In this document: positions 12,501 through 23,100 of the stretch, piece after piece | Position numbering within the stretch: the stretch's first letter is position 1 | Layout of the letters: each line of letters opens with the position of its first letter | Program-made: the position numbers and the translations under genes | The notes under the pieces: generated by a model | What the model saw: only the letters and a program-made list of their open reading frames with translations | Databases searched by the model: none | Told to the model about the DNA's origin: nothing | Assembly: GCA_002633005.1 (NCBI GenBank) | Contig: NMRA01000299.1 | Location: forward strand, 331,754 to 395,753 | Direction of reading: 5' to 3' | DNA length: 64,000 bases | Source of the DNA: Phoronis australis | Taxonomy: Eukaryota; Animalia; Phoronida

Positions 12501-13848
12501 ATTGATAATTATTTCATTTTCATAAATTCTGTCAAACTGTTGCGCATTGGCACTTTTCAAACACCAATCGTTAGTTCACTAAATCGCTGCATGTCAGCAC
12601 CACGAGCGGCTACATTGACGTCTAACGGCATCGCAACTTCGCCGTTCAAAATAAAGTTGTTACAAAGACTTTGTTGCGTAAATGATGAAATCCTTCATGT
12701 CAAGAGTAGTTTGTTTTCCCAAATGATCTTTTGTCTACTTTCTGAGGTTTTCCGCAACGACATGCTCTAATAGTACATGGGTGGTGACGCAGCACTGAAA
12801 AAAAGTGTGGGGGGGGCTTTAGACTCCCCCAGCCCCCTATCAGGCTATGATGTGCTGCCCATGTAGTATTACTCAGGGGCATATCCAGGATTTTTAGTTA
12901 GGAGGAGGGGGGCACGGCAAAGTATGAGGTAGGATTTTACCCACAAGATATTTGCACCCTTGAACTGCCAAATGAAATCTGAGAGTTTTAGGGGGGCCAT
13001 GGTCGCCTTGCCCGCCCCCAAATTCACCAGTGTTATCTTGTGGTATGATATGAAATTTCCTCGTAACTCAGGTGCATTTATTTCTAAGCTGATGTGTTGT
13101 CGTCGCTCTTTTCCTTTTAAGCTGTGTAATCCATTGTTTTCATCAATCCTGTTCCATATGCTAACAACACACTTAAACAGCAATATCTCCACAGAATTCG
13201 GTCCAAATTGTACATAATATATAATACATACCACCATGTTTGTCTCAATGAGACGAATCTTTTGATATGCGGCACATGCATATTCTTTTATTTTTTTACG
13301 AAATTATGTGGACAGGCAGATATTTTACGCATGATCGTCGCGTTTCAACGGCCATTTTCTCGATAACTGCTCACCCAATTTTTATGATTTTTGTACCATT
13401 TCATTTCTCACACTAAGGGCTTTTCAAAAATGTATGACACTTGGGCAATGTAAAAAAAAATTTAAAAACGTAGTTCTACACATCGAAAACCTCAGGTGTT
13501 CCTCTATGCGCAAAAGGTATTTATAACAACGTGACTTTGATGGTTTAGTCGGTGCGAGGCATAATTCGCCGAAAAAGCTTTTGGCGTACAGAGCGCCTAT
13601 AGCCTCTGCATCACCTCTGGTTCGGGCCAACAGAGGCGATGGTCATTGCCTAACTCTGAGTCTGAGTTGACTGGATGGACAAGTTCACTCCAAATAGACA
13701 AAGCTTCAATTTAACTTTAATCTTGTCGTGAACACAGCGTGCGTACTTTTTATTTTGAGCCACGCCAGCACATATTTCGGTAAGTATGGTGACTGTTCCA
13801 AATAAAAAGAACAAAGGAAAGAGAAGAAGAAAAAACTTACTTCGGCAT
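454..13848 (-). CDS. SNRPC: U1 small nuclear ribonucleoprotein C, complete spliced CDS: join(13841-13848, 8204-8246, 7202-7310, 3057-3161, 2359-2466, 454-557), 477 nt, 158 aa
   Basis: Manual splicing gives [61 protein letters not shown]..., the U1-C zinc finger followed by a Pro/Gly/Met-rich tail. All introns are GT-AG with consistent phases; stop TAG at 454-456. Confidence 0.97.
933..2320 (-). mobile_element. Helentron/HINE-like non-autonomous element, family 1 (copy A)
   Basis: Reverse complement of the copies at 18894, 32466 and 50843: 5' palindrome, ~150-bp tandem units with CCACTAG..GGC, 3' TGGGCGCATTTCAA plus short hairpin. Confidence 0.75.
2359..2466 (-). CDS. SNRPC: SNRPC coding exon 5 (Pro/Gly/Met-rich)
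   Basis: tttgcag| acceptor, |gtaagtg donor; in-frame [27 protein letters not shown]. Confidence 0.92.
3057..3161 (-). CDS. SNRPC: SNRPC coding exon 4 ([35 protein letters not shown])
   Basis: ttttacag| acceptor, |gtaagt donor; resembles the TAAF..GKI..GAMIPPP segment of U1-C. Confidence 0.95.
3305..3810. mobile_element. hAT-like MITE with 6-bp TSD (ATAATG)
   Basis: TIRs CAGGGCTTGGAAT / ATTCTAAGCCCTG; ATAATG on both flanks; a very similar inverted copy at 34649-35148. Confidence 0.85.
7202..7310 (-). CDS. SNRPC: SNRPC coding exon 3 ([36 protein letters not shown])
   Basis: tttcag| acceptor, |gtaagt donor; lies inside ORF 7188..7466. Confidence 0.97.
7636..8160 (-). mobile_element. 3' end of a 5'-truncated LINE (CR1/I-like C-terminal CCHC knuckle, AATAAA, A-tail)
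   Basis: Minus strand translates [29 protein letters not shown]...LLLNGSPNL; AATAAA at 7662-7667, A-tract at 7636-7647. Confidence 0.7.
8204..8246 (-). CDS. SNRPC: SNRPC coding exon 2 ([14 protein letters not shown])
   Basis: tttcag| acceptor, |gtaag donor; U1-C zinc-finger start. Confidence 0.96.
8816..10384. mobile_element. Foldback-type element with long imperfect inverted arms and internal subrepeats
   Basis: AGAGGTTTTTTTGGGCATGAAAAGGTAACC... at 8816 is mirrored at 10384. ORFs 8777..8983(-) and 10317..10505(+) share [14 protein letters not shown] because of this symmetry. Confidence 0.8.
10569..11404. mobile_element. PIF/Harbinger-like (Tourist) MITE, TAA TSD
   Basis: TAA|GGGCTGTTCCAGCAAAATC ... 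GATTTTACTGGAACAGCCC|TAA. Confidence 0.82.
11890..12400. mobile_element. Diverged, internally deleted copy of the MULE-like long-TIR family (two arms back to back)
   Basis: 11890-12140 resembles 14375-14610, and 12170-12400 resembles 15000-15220. Confidence 0.65.
13480..13652. mobile_element. Terminal fragment of the MULE-like long-TIR family
   Basis: Near-identical to 15098-15272, ending GGTCATTGCCTA. Confidence 0.75.
13841..13848 (-). CDS. SNRPC: SNRPC coding exon 1 (ATG CCG AA)
   Basis: Reverse strand reads aaaagcATGCCGAA|gtaagtttt; phase fits exon 2 (AA+G = Lys). Confidence 0.88.
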
Positions 13849-14107
13849 GCTTTTATCGAGGCTTTTTTCTCACAACTTGGGTGAGACACACAGACAGACA
13901 AACTATTTGTCTCAGAGCTAAAGATGTAACATATATTGTAACGGAAAAGTATTCAAAATAAATGAAAGACTGACAAGGATTACTGCTTTTTGTGCTTTGT
14001 GCTATATTTTTATTTCAAAACTACAAATTGAAGCAAAAACTTTTGTTGACGACCTTAACACACTCGAGTACCTCGAGAGTATTTTGTAATAGAGAGCATA
14101 AATGAAA
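13849..14107. promoter_or_regulatory. Bidirectional promoter and 5' UTRs shared by SNRPC and NUP160
   Basis: Divergent ATGs at 13848 (-) and 14102/14108 (+). A YY1-type AAAATGGCGGC motif overlaps the NUP160 start codon. Confidence 0.8.
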
Positions 14108-14192
14108 ATGGCGGCAACTAGCATGGGATTTCGAGAAGTTGGTTATACAGCGAACACGGCTCGATCGTGGCGAGAAATTAGTGTTACTGTCG
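14108..14192 (+). CDS. NUP160: NUP160 exon 1 (MAATSMGFREVGYTANTARSWREISVTV)
   Basis: aaaATGgcg start context; |gtagga donor; phase 1 fits exon 2. Confidence 0.8.
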
Positions 14193-17100
14193 GTAGGAAA
14201 TTGCTGTATCGCTTTAAATAGAGTATGTGTAATATGGAGTACCCTTTCAGATATGCTGTCTAGCGAGCAACCGGAGCTGATGAGAGCTCTCAAGGGTCCC
14301 ACCGTCCAGGGCCAGTGTCAGTGCACAGGGGTCCTTATGACCATCGCCTCTGTTGGCCCGAACCAGAGGCGATGCAGCTCCTATAGGCGCTCTGTACGCC
14401 GGAAGCTTTTCGGCGAATTATGCCTCGCACCGACTAAATCATCAAAGTCACGTTGTTGTAAATACCTTTTGCGCATACACCTTAGGAGGTTGTCGATGTG
14501 TTTAATTCCTTCCAACTCGAACTAATACTCCCGTTATCAAACCTTTTCTTCAAGCAGTCCCTATTTCATTTCCCAAACTCATGAACTCAACATTTTCACT
14601 CGGCGCACGCCAAAAGATTCTTTTAACCAGGCCAAAGGTCAGAAGTTGCGGTCCTACCGGCGAACTTTGAAAGCTGAAGTTCCCGCCCTTTGCGTAAGTG
14701 CTGCCGGGAACCTGCCATGCATTTGCCGTGTTGTTAAACATTAAAATGTCAAATATGTGCACAAAGACTATTAAATGTCATATCAACAGCATTTATTTTT
14801 ATCAAATACAAACAATAATTCATTGAAATACAATCAGTTTCAAGTAACGCCAATTAAAGACAAGTATAAATGGTGGCATTTTGGAAACGAACATTCGACT
14901 GACAAGACCGCAATGGCTCACCTTTAGCCTATTTAAAGATTGAGGTAATGAAGTCACATCACCTAGCGAGCGCAGTAAAAATTGGAGCGTGTGCAGTATA
15001 AATATGGTGAGTTCACGATTTTGGGAACTGAAATAGGGACTGCTCGAAGAAAAAGTTTGATAACGGGAGTATTTGTTCGAGTTGGAAGGAATTAAACACA
15101 TCGACAACCTCCTAAGGTGTTCCTCTATGCGCAAAAGGTATTTATAACAATGTGACTTTGATGATTTAGTCAGTGCGAGGCATAATTCGCCGAAAAGCTT
15201 CCGGCGTACAGAGCGCCTATAGGAGCTGCATCGCCTCTGGTTCGGGCCAACAGAGGCGATTGTCATTGCCTAAGGGGTCCTCAGCTTCTGATCGTCCCCG
15301 ATACAGTATATAATACTACAAGGTATGACACTCCGTACTAGAAATTCCATGGGTGTGGTGTTTCACTTCAGCTGTCCATAGCCAACACAGAACTATAAAT
15401 TTACACAAAACAGGAGTTCAACAAACCATCAAGAATTGTTCTTTCTCTCAATAGGGAATACCATTTACCGTTTATATTCTTTATTTTTTTACGAAATTAT
15501 GTAAAAAGGCAGATATATTACGCATAATCGTCGCCTTTCAACGGCCATTTTCTCAGTAACCGCTCACCCAATTTTTCTGATTTTTGCACCATTTCATTTC
15601 TCGCACCAAAGGCTTTTCAAAAATGTATGACACATGGGTATTGCAAAAAAATAAATAAAAAACGTCCTCCCTACTCATGGTTTGTTGAACCTCTGTTTTG
15701 TGTAAATTTATTGAGTTTTGTCTTTGCTATGGACGGCTGAAGTGAAACACCCATGAAATTTCTAGTTCGGAGTGTCATACCTTGAAGTAATATTTTGTGT
15801 ATTGGGGACGATCAGAAGCTGAGGACGCCTGTGTGTCAGTGACACCATGATTTCTCACTCAAGGCCTAGCTCAACTCAAGTGCTGCCCAACAGCCACAAC
15901 ACTCAGGTTCCTCCCTAGACAGCTCCACTGTCTGAACTGGGCCAGCTCAGCTGACATGGCAGTAGTTATCCCTATAGGGTTGCCTCTCAATGGGATTATG
16001 CCTCAAATTGATTAAACCATCAAAGTCATGTTGCTACTTTGCAATTACATCGCCCTGAATGCCACAAAGCGAGTGTTGAGAGCACGTTTGGTCTCACCGA
16101 TGTATGTGTGAGAAGAAAGTTGGTCACACTAGATGTGATAAGTCCCACAAGAGTGGTGGCATCCTTGGGTTTAACCAGTTGACCGTGGACATTGTTGATG
16201 GGTTTGAAATAAGTTGACTGCATGCTGTTTAAAAGTGCGACACAGGTTTTCAGACAAACCACAAATGTATGGGATTCCAGCGGTTATCCTGGGTCTATCA
16301 TCACTATTACTGGTAGGGTTCCAGGTGATCAGTGCAATGGGTCCACCTGAGTGGCCGACGAACGTCTGGTACAACGTGTACCGGACTGACTGCAATTATT
16401 ATTTATTAACATACATGTTTATGTTGCACATTGGGTCCATGGTAAACAAATTTATCTTTAATGCGATCTAACAAAAATAACTATCATTAAATTAAAAGTC
16501 AATAATGATTTTATGTTGGAACAAATTTAACCAAGTGGATCTGCTTTCCTATGATTTCTTTTTGGTGGATTTTATGATTTAAAACTTGTTTTATGTGGAG
16601 AATTAAAAAATGTTTTTGTTGCTAATGGTGGAAATGTTTTCTAGGCTCATCTCATTCTGAAGACCTCAAACTCCAAGATATTGCGGGGGGCTTTGGGTAC
16701 AGTGGCAGTGGACGTTTGCAGTCAGCTGTAAGGAATAGGTTCATACAATGGTAAGCTTGACATCACTAGATTTGGTTCATTTTTCCGGCTGTCTTGTGTA
16801 CCAGCGGTGCAATTTCAGGACTGTTGTTTGGATCCCAAGAAATTGAAACGATTTTGGAAGATGGAACCAGTGGGCCTTAAAAACATGTCGTGAATATGAC
16901 TTTTGTGTGATGGTCACGTTCCTGCTCAATAGTGTTTTCGGGCAAATCACAATCAAGGTCCATATTCGGTGGCCACTTTTGCTGAAAAATGAAGGTTTTC
17001 GTATAACTGTAAAAGCTGGGTTATTTTAAAGTACCATCATTGCAGGTTTGTAATCTAAAATATCTTTGCACAAGAACCACTGAATAAAATTTTATGGCCT

Positions 17101-20100
17101 AATTCATCACAGTTGTATAAAAGGGTACGTACACTACAACTTGGGGTCACAGCCCATTTCTACAATGCAAAAATTCATAAGGTAGCTGTTAATTTAATAA
17201 GTTCTTGGTCAAATTGAAGAAGTAGCACATACTAAAGTAATAAAAGTTATTACCGTGCTGATCAAGTTGTTCTAAATGATGATACATTGCATATCTTAAC
17301 ACAGTATAATGAGAACTTCTTCTCTTGCATTATTATTCTTACAAAAAGAAAATGACTAACTACTTTTTCAAAAACTTTATTGGTGCTATTTGCCTAGTTT
17401 TCAATACATTAACCACTTAAAGCAATACTATTACCAGTTTTCCACTGGTAAACAGTTAAAAATGGTACTGGTTGAGGGTGGGGGTACGTACACTACGCAT
17501 AGTCAATCAACATCAAATTTTAACTAAGTTACAAGTGTATGGGATGGTCTCGAGTTTTGTGCTGCCTCTACTTGTTGCAAGTTGTCTTGAGAGATAGAGA
17601 ACCTGCCTGTGCAACATCAGTTGTCCCATGACATGTCTTCTAGGATGTTAAGTACCAGCCAAGTCCTGTGTGGCATTTTTTGCCCACAAATTTGATAATG
17701 CCCATTGTTTTTTTGTCAGACTGGATTCATTTTGGAAATAGAGTATTGTTCATGAGAACAGCAGTTCTGGCAGTATGTAAAAATACTTGTGGGCAATACT
17801 TTATAGCACAGAGGTTGAAGGTACGTACACTGCACAGGGGTACGTACACTACATTTCAATGACTTGTCAGATTTATAAAAAAAAATACTTAGAATCTACT
17901 GAGTTATTTCATTTATCAAATCTATTTAAAGAGAGCAAATAATAAGTACTCCATACATGTGCATATCTGTCTATCATTACTTGAAAACAGGCACATGATA
18001 TATTGTAGGGGTACGTACACTACACAAATGCTAATATTTCACTCGAAACAAATGTATTTGTAATTAACATCCTTTTAACCGAGCATTTTTAAAGGAGGAA
18101 ACTGTCTGTGACAAGTGTTGCTTACTTACCGTGTAATATTTTTGTTTCATAATATTTGTTCACATCAGGGTTCGTACACTACACAGGGGTACGTACACTA
18201 CATTTCAATGACATGTCCAGTTTGTAACTAAATACTAAGATCCTACTGAGAGTTAGTTGATTTTCTCAATCAATTCAAAGAGAAAAAAATAAAAAACAGC
18301 ATTCATGTGCATATCTGCCATACTTTGAAAATAGGCACAAATTAAAATATAGGGGTACGCACACTACACAAAATTAAGTGCTAATATTTCACATCCTTTT
18401 AACCTGACATTTTTAAGGAAGGAAACTGTCTATGACCAGTGTTGCTCACTGACCAAGTGATATTTTAATTTCATGGCATTTGTAAACATGGGGTTACGTA
18501 CACTACAAAAGGGGTACGTACACTACATCACTGTTTCTGCAGCACGTGGTAACATAATGCTGTATGGCCATTTATTTTTCTTTGATGATAATAAGCACCA
18601 TGTTATTTAAAAGGCAATAATTTCATTTGCAAAGACCGTTTGTGTTACTGAATTCCACATGGGGGTACGTACACTACATTTTGTTAGCCTTTTTGGCCCA
18701 TTTTCAACATATCAGAACCCAGTCAATATCCAAACTTATGGTTTGTTTAGATATTGAATAATTTGCTGTGTTGCTTAGGCTAACATATTCTGCAGTTCTT
18801 TTGTTACAGAGTGTGAATTTTAGGTTTTAACCTTCTTTACAGTAGGTGAGGGTTAGAAACACAGAATTTACAAGTTTTGTAACGAGTGCCTGGTTTATTA
18901 TGCGCCCACATATTTATATGTGGACGCATTATGCCGTCATCTCCGTCCGTCCGTCCGTCCGGGCGGCGTCCGGCGTCTGGCGTCCGGCGTCCGCTGCTCT
19001 ATCTCCAAAACCCTTTGACATACGTTCATGAAATTTGGCACATATGTTCTATTCAAGAATGGGACGGCATGTGCGAACTTTCGGACGGATCCGACTACCG
19101 GTGTGCCCTCTAGTGGCAATTTTAGTTTTTTACGCTTACCTTTGTATCTTCAAAAGTCCTGAACGGATTTTCATGAAATTTGGTATGTAGGCACCTATTA
19201 GTGAGATGACGCTATCCTGCCGTTTTCAGATGGATTCGACATAGTTTGCGCCACCTAGTGGCCATTTTTAGTGTTTTCGAGTCTGTTTTTGTGCGTCCAC
19301 CCCTCTATCAACCAAACCGCTCAAAGGATGATTGTGAAAATTGGCGTGTATGTGCTTACTATAAGGAAGACAGCTGACAATGATTTTCAGACGATTTGGA
19401 CTACTGTGGCGCCTCCTAGTGGCAGTTTTGTTTTTTTGCGCCCATGGCTGTATCTCCCAAACCGTTTGCAGGATCTTTACTAAATTTAGCAAGTGTATTT
19501 ATGTGATGTTGACAACGGACGATGACGACTTTAGGATGATTCTGATTACCGGTATGCCTCTAGTGGCAATTTTAGTATTTGCCTCTAGTGGCAATTTTAG
19601 TATTTTACATTGACCTCTGTATTTTCATAGGTCTTCAGGTGTATACTTTGTGTTACTTCGTGACTGTGAAGGAAAAGTTCCAAGTAGAAATTTGTTTCTG
19701 GCATTCTAATGCTGTGCTAATCTCGTATGTTGGTAAATTTGTTTTTAATTTTATGTTTCTGTGGTGCTTTAAGCAACTGGTGTATAGGATGTGCTTGTAT
19801 TATGAAGATTACTCACATTTTGCCCCTAGCCTATTGAGGAGACAATGACCATGCCTTTCCATTTTGCAAAGTATGCCCTCTACTGGCCACTTTATGGTAC
19901 CAATAAACAACCCTAGAAGGATACCGTATGCGGTGCAATTGTGGGCGCATTTCAACGCTCCGCGTTGCTCTTGTGATGAACCCTACCATTTCTTAATCAT
20001 GGTTAAGCACAACTTCATCTAAGTGATTCTGAAAGTGACTCAAGTTATTCCCAGTCATCTAAGCAATTGCTTACTTGATAAAAAATATATTTTTTTGCTG

Positions 20101-23100
20101 TTGACAATTGAAAATTGTAATTTTTAAAATGACCACTCGTAATGCTAAAAATGCTTGAAATTCATACAAAAAAACATGGATAAATTTCTTAAACATTGTC
20201 CGATTTTGATGATTCTTTTTTTAATTTGCACAACTAAATAACTCTTTGCATATGAGATTCAGTTTGCATTTAGTAAGTGATCAAAAAAATTATTTGAGAC
20301 CGTAACACAGTCAACTCTCGAATATGGACCTTGATTGTGATTTAGCCGTTTGCCATTTCAGGCGTACATCTGCCTGCACATTAGAGTTAGTGGAAGAGTC
20401 GCTGGATCAAGATCTTCATGGCAGCCATGTTCGGTTCCACTTCCCACATCAAAGCATACTGCCGGGCCTTTCCATCCATGAAGCTCACCGGGAGGTTGTC
20501 ATTCTTGTTATCACTGTGTCCACTGTGCACCGCCTCATATTTCCTCATCCTTCGAGACTTGAAAAAAATGTACGTATCTGCTTTGAAATATTGAAATTAG
20601 GCCTCTGTTGATTGAAACTGCTATATAAACCCACCTTCTGTTAAAAATATCTGTAATGTGGACTATTTCCCAACCGATGACTTATTGCTCGGGATCAGGC
20701 TTGATAACTTTGCTAGATCTGGCTGGTCATTTAATGTTCCAATCATGGCTGCAAGCAGTAAGATTCTGTTTGATCTTCCAAAGCCCCAAGCCGAGTTTTT
20801 AGACTTCTTGGAAGATAACTGGCAATCATAAAGCAGCTGAACCCAGCTGTTATTAGGTTGTTGTCAAATCAAGTTTGAAAGAACACTAAAAGATGACAGC
20901 TCTCTAGATGACTTGTAAACAAATCGTGTGAACATGGGATAATGGAGAATCGATCTTTGGCGCGTTTCATTGGCTTATATTTTGAGCCACTTTTGCAAAT
21001 TTCCAAAGAAAGATTTGCACCTTGGCATAATAAATGATAAAATGCCACAAAATAGTGATGTTTCTAATTCTTACACGATCAAAGCCTATTTATTTAGCAT
21101 GTAAGAGGTCCTGACTAATCAATTATAACAGCCATGACGAATTTGCTCAGCTGCACTGGTTGTGCGCAAGGTCCTGACAGATGACAGTGACTTGGAAATG
21201 CCATTAAGTAACGGCCTGTTTCAATGTGCGTCTTGTATTATCACCAAACATGAGAATGACAACCCTATTAGTAGCCAAACGACGGCCCCGATTTATCTTT
21301 TAGCTGAGTAGTTTTGAGTCGTGGAAAAATTCTCAAGCCTTTGTTTCTGCAGGCACATGTGTAGGAGTCATCTGCCACTCGCATGTCGCAGCCAGTGTAG
21401 CATGGACTACAGTGATTCAAGTGTGTGAATTTATGAATGTGCACCACCCCAAAGCCAGACACCAAAAGAGAACAGTGACAGTCCTAAATAAAAGTATACT
21501 GGCTTGGTTCTGTTAAGCGCCCCCCGGCTGTTGTAAAATACCCAGTGCTTTATGATGTTCACCGAGGTTGTTGTGCCCCAGAACCCGACACTCTCCTGCT
21601 CCATTGTTTACCTGTTCTCTTTGTCCGATGTTCCATGACTGTAGCCAGCTTTTGGAACTAGATTCCAAATTGTAGTTAGCAAACATTTCATTCTTCTCTT
21701 TGTATACCAACCAATTTTGTGACCTGTAGTTTGGGATTAGTGGTTGCCGTAAGTAAGAGCATTATCCGAACATTTTCTCGATGACCTAAAAATCATTTTT
21801 GGCGCTTAAAAATGCGAAATTTTTGTGACCTGGAATTTATGAATCTGAGCTGGATTTTGAAAATGCGACCCGGGATTTTGGCTAGGTCGCAAATTGCAAC
21901 CTGGCAATTTTCATATTGTCGAGCACTGAATTATAATTGTACTTCAGTCTCCTTGAAGGAATCCGTATTTATAACAGCTAATTATCGGCACAGTATTGTG
22001 TGTGTGTGAATGATTTCACAGTTATGGCGCAGAGACTTTTAGACTTGAAATTCTTGTTGAATCATGTGTTGTGACCACAGATGATGTGAAACGATGAAAT
22101 ATTTACTAATATGGTAGTTAGGCCTTGGTCATCATACTTTCAGTTTGGTATAACTGCCTGCTTGGAATGTGGTAACTATTATGCACTCAATTGCCGACTA
22201 GTTTGCTCACACATTGCGTCTGATCATGTGATCAACTGACAGCTCATAACAAGTTATACTCCAACGAAGCTATATTGCGAGGAAAGAAAATCAACAATAA
22301 TTTGACATGGTAGAAATCAATAGCAGATGGAGTCACAGCCAAGTAGGGCTAAGTTAGGCTCACCTCATGATGCAGTCAAGGCTGTGCCCCAATTATGTTT
22401 ATCTTGAATTGTATTATGTGCAGTTGCCTTAAAGAGACATCGTTTTTTCAGAAACATGTATTTTTGGGATTGTTGTGGGTGGTGGGATGGGATAGAGTTC
22501 TGGGAGTTATTAGCTTTGACCAGGCTATAAAGAAACAAAATTGGGTTTGTAGAATTCAATTTTTGTCTGTACCAATCTGCGATTGATTTGGTCAGATGAC
22601 CATGTCTTTTAGTATGATTTATCAAAAAGTGAATTCATAACAAAATAATGTTATCTATAAAATTTCTTACTTTCCCTTGATATAATTGGTTGAGAGAAAA
22701 TTTTCTAAATTATTTCATTTTCGCTTCATCCAACTTTTGACCTTAACATAAAAGTTATGTCCATAATTTCTTTTTCATAGGTGTCCATTTTTGCCGATGC
22801 GTCCGTGGCTACTGTTCGCCATCCGTCGAATTCACACTCAATCCACTCCACGAGCACTCCACAATTCTCTGTTCACACTGCCACCTCTTGGCTAACCATG
22901 GAGGGCGAGGCGCTCTTTGCAGTGGCGACGCACACTGGCAGCATCTTGTTGATCAAGCTGCCGTCCCATGACATCCAGGGGATCGTGACTCAACATGAGT
23001 TAAAACAGTCCTCTGTCATGCAGCGACTGTGGACAGGCTTGGTCCCTGCTATGATCAGGTAAGATGTAATGTGTTTTCTTCTCTTATTGTTTCATTTCAT

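Larger units (their letters stand above)
16944..20343. mobile_element. ~3.4-kb TIR element filling NUP160 intron 2, with an internal GGGGTACGTACACTACA motif array
   Basis: Perfect 25-bp inverted repeat AAATCACAATCAAGGTCCATATTCG at 16944-16968 and 20319-20343; HINE copy B nested inside. Confidence 0.72.

Noticed and set aside
14139-15266. Paired ORFs sharing [16 protein letters not shown]...
   Set aside because: They are chance frames in the two inverted arms of a non-coding TIR element.
17122-18680. CRISPR-like array of conserved short repeats
   Set aside because: Spacing is irregular (17-360 bp), the spacers resemble each other, there are no cas genes, and it lies in a eukaryotic intron.
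22738-22780. U12-like branch sequence GACCTTAAC before NUP160 exon 4
   Set aside because: The donor (GTACGTAT) is not U12 consensus, the site is over 30 nt from the AG, and a normal pyrimidine tract is present.
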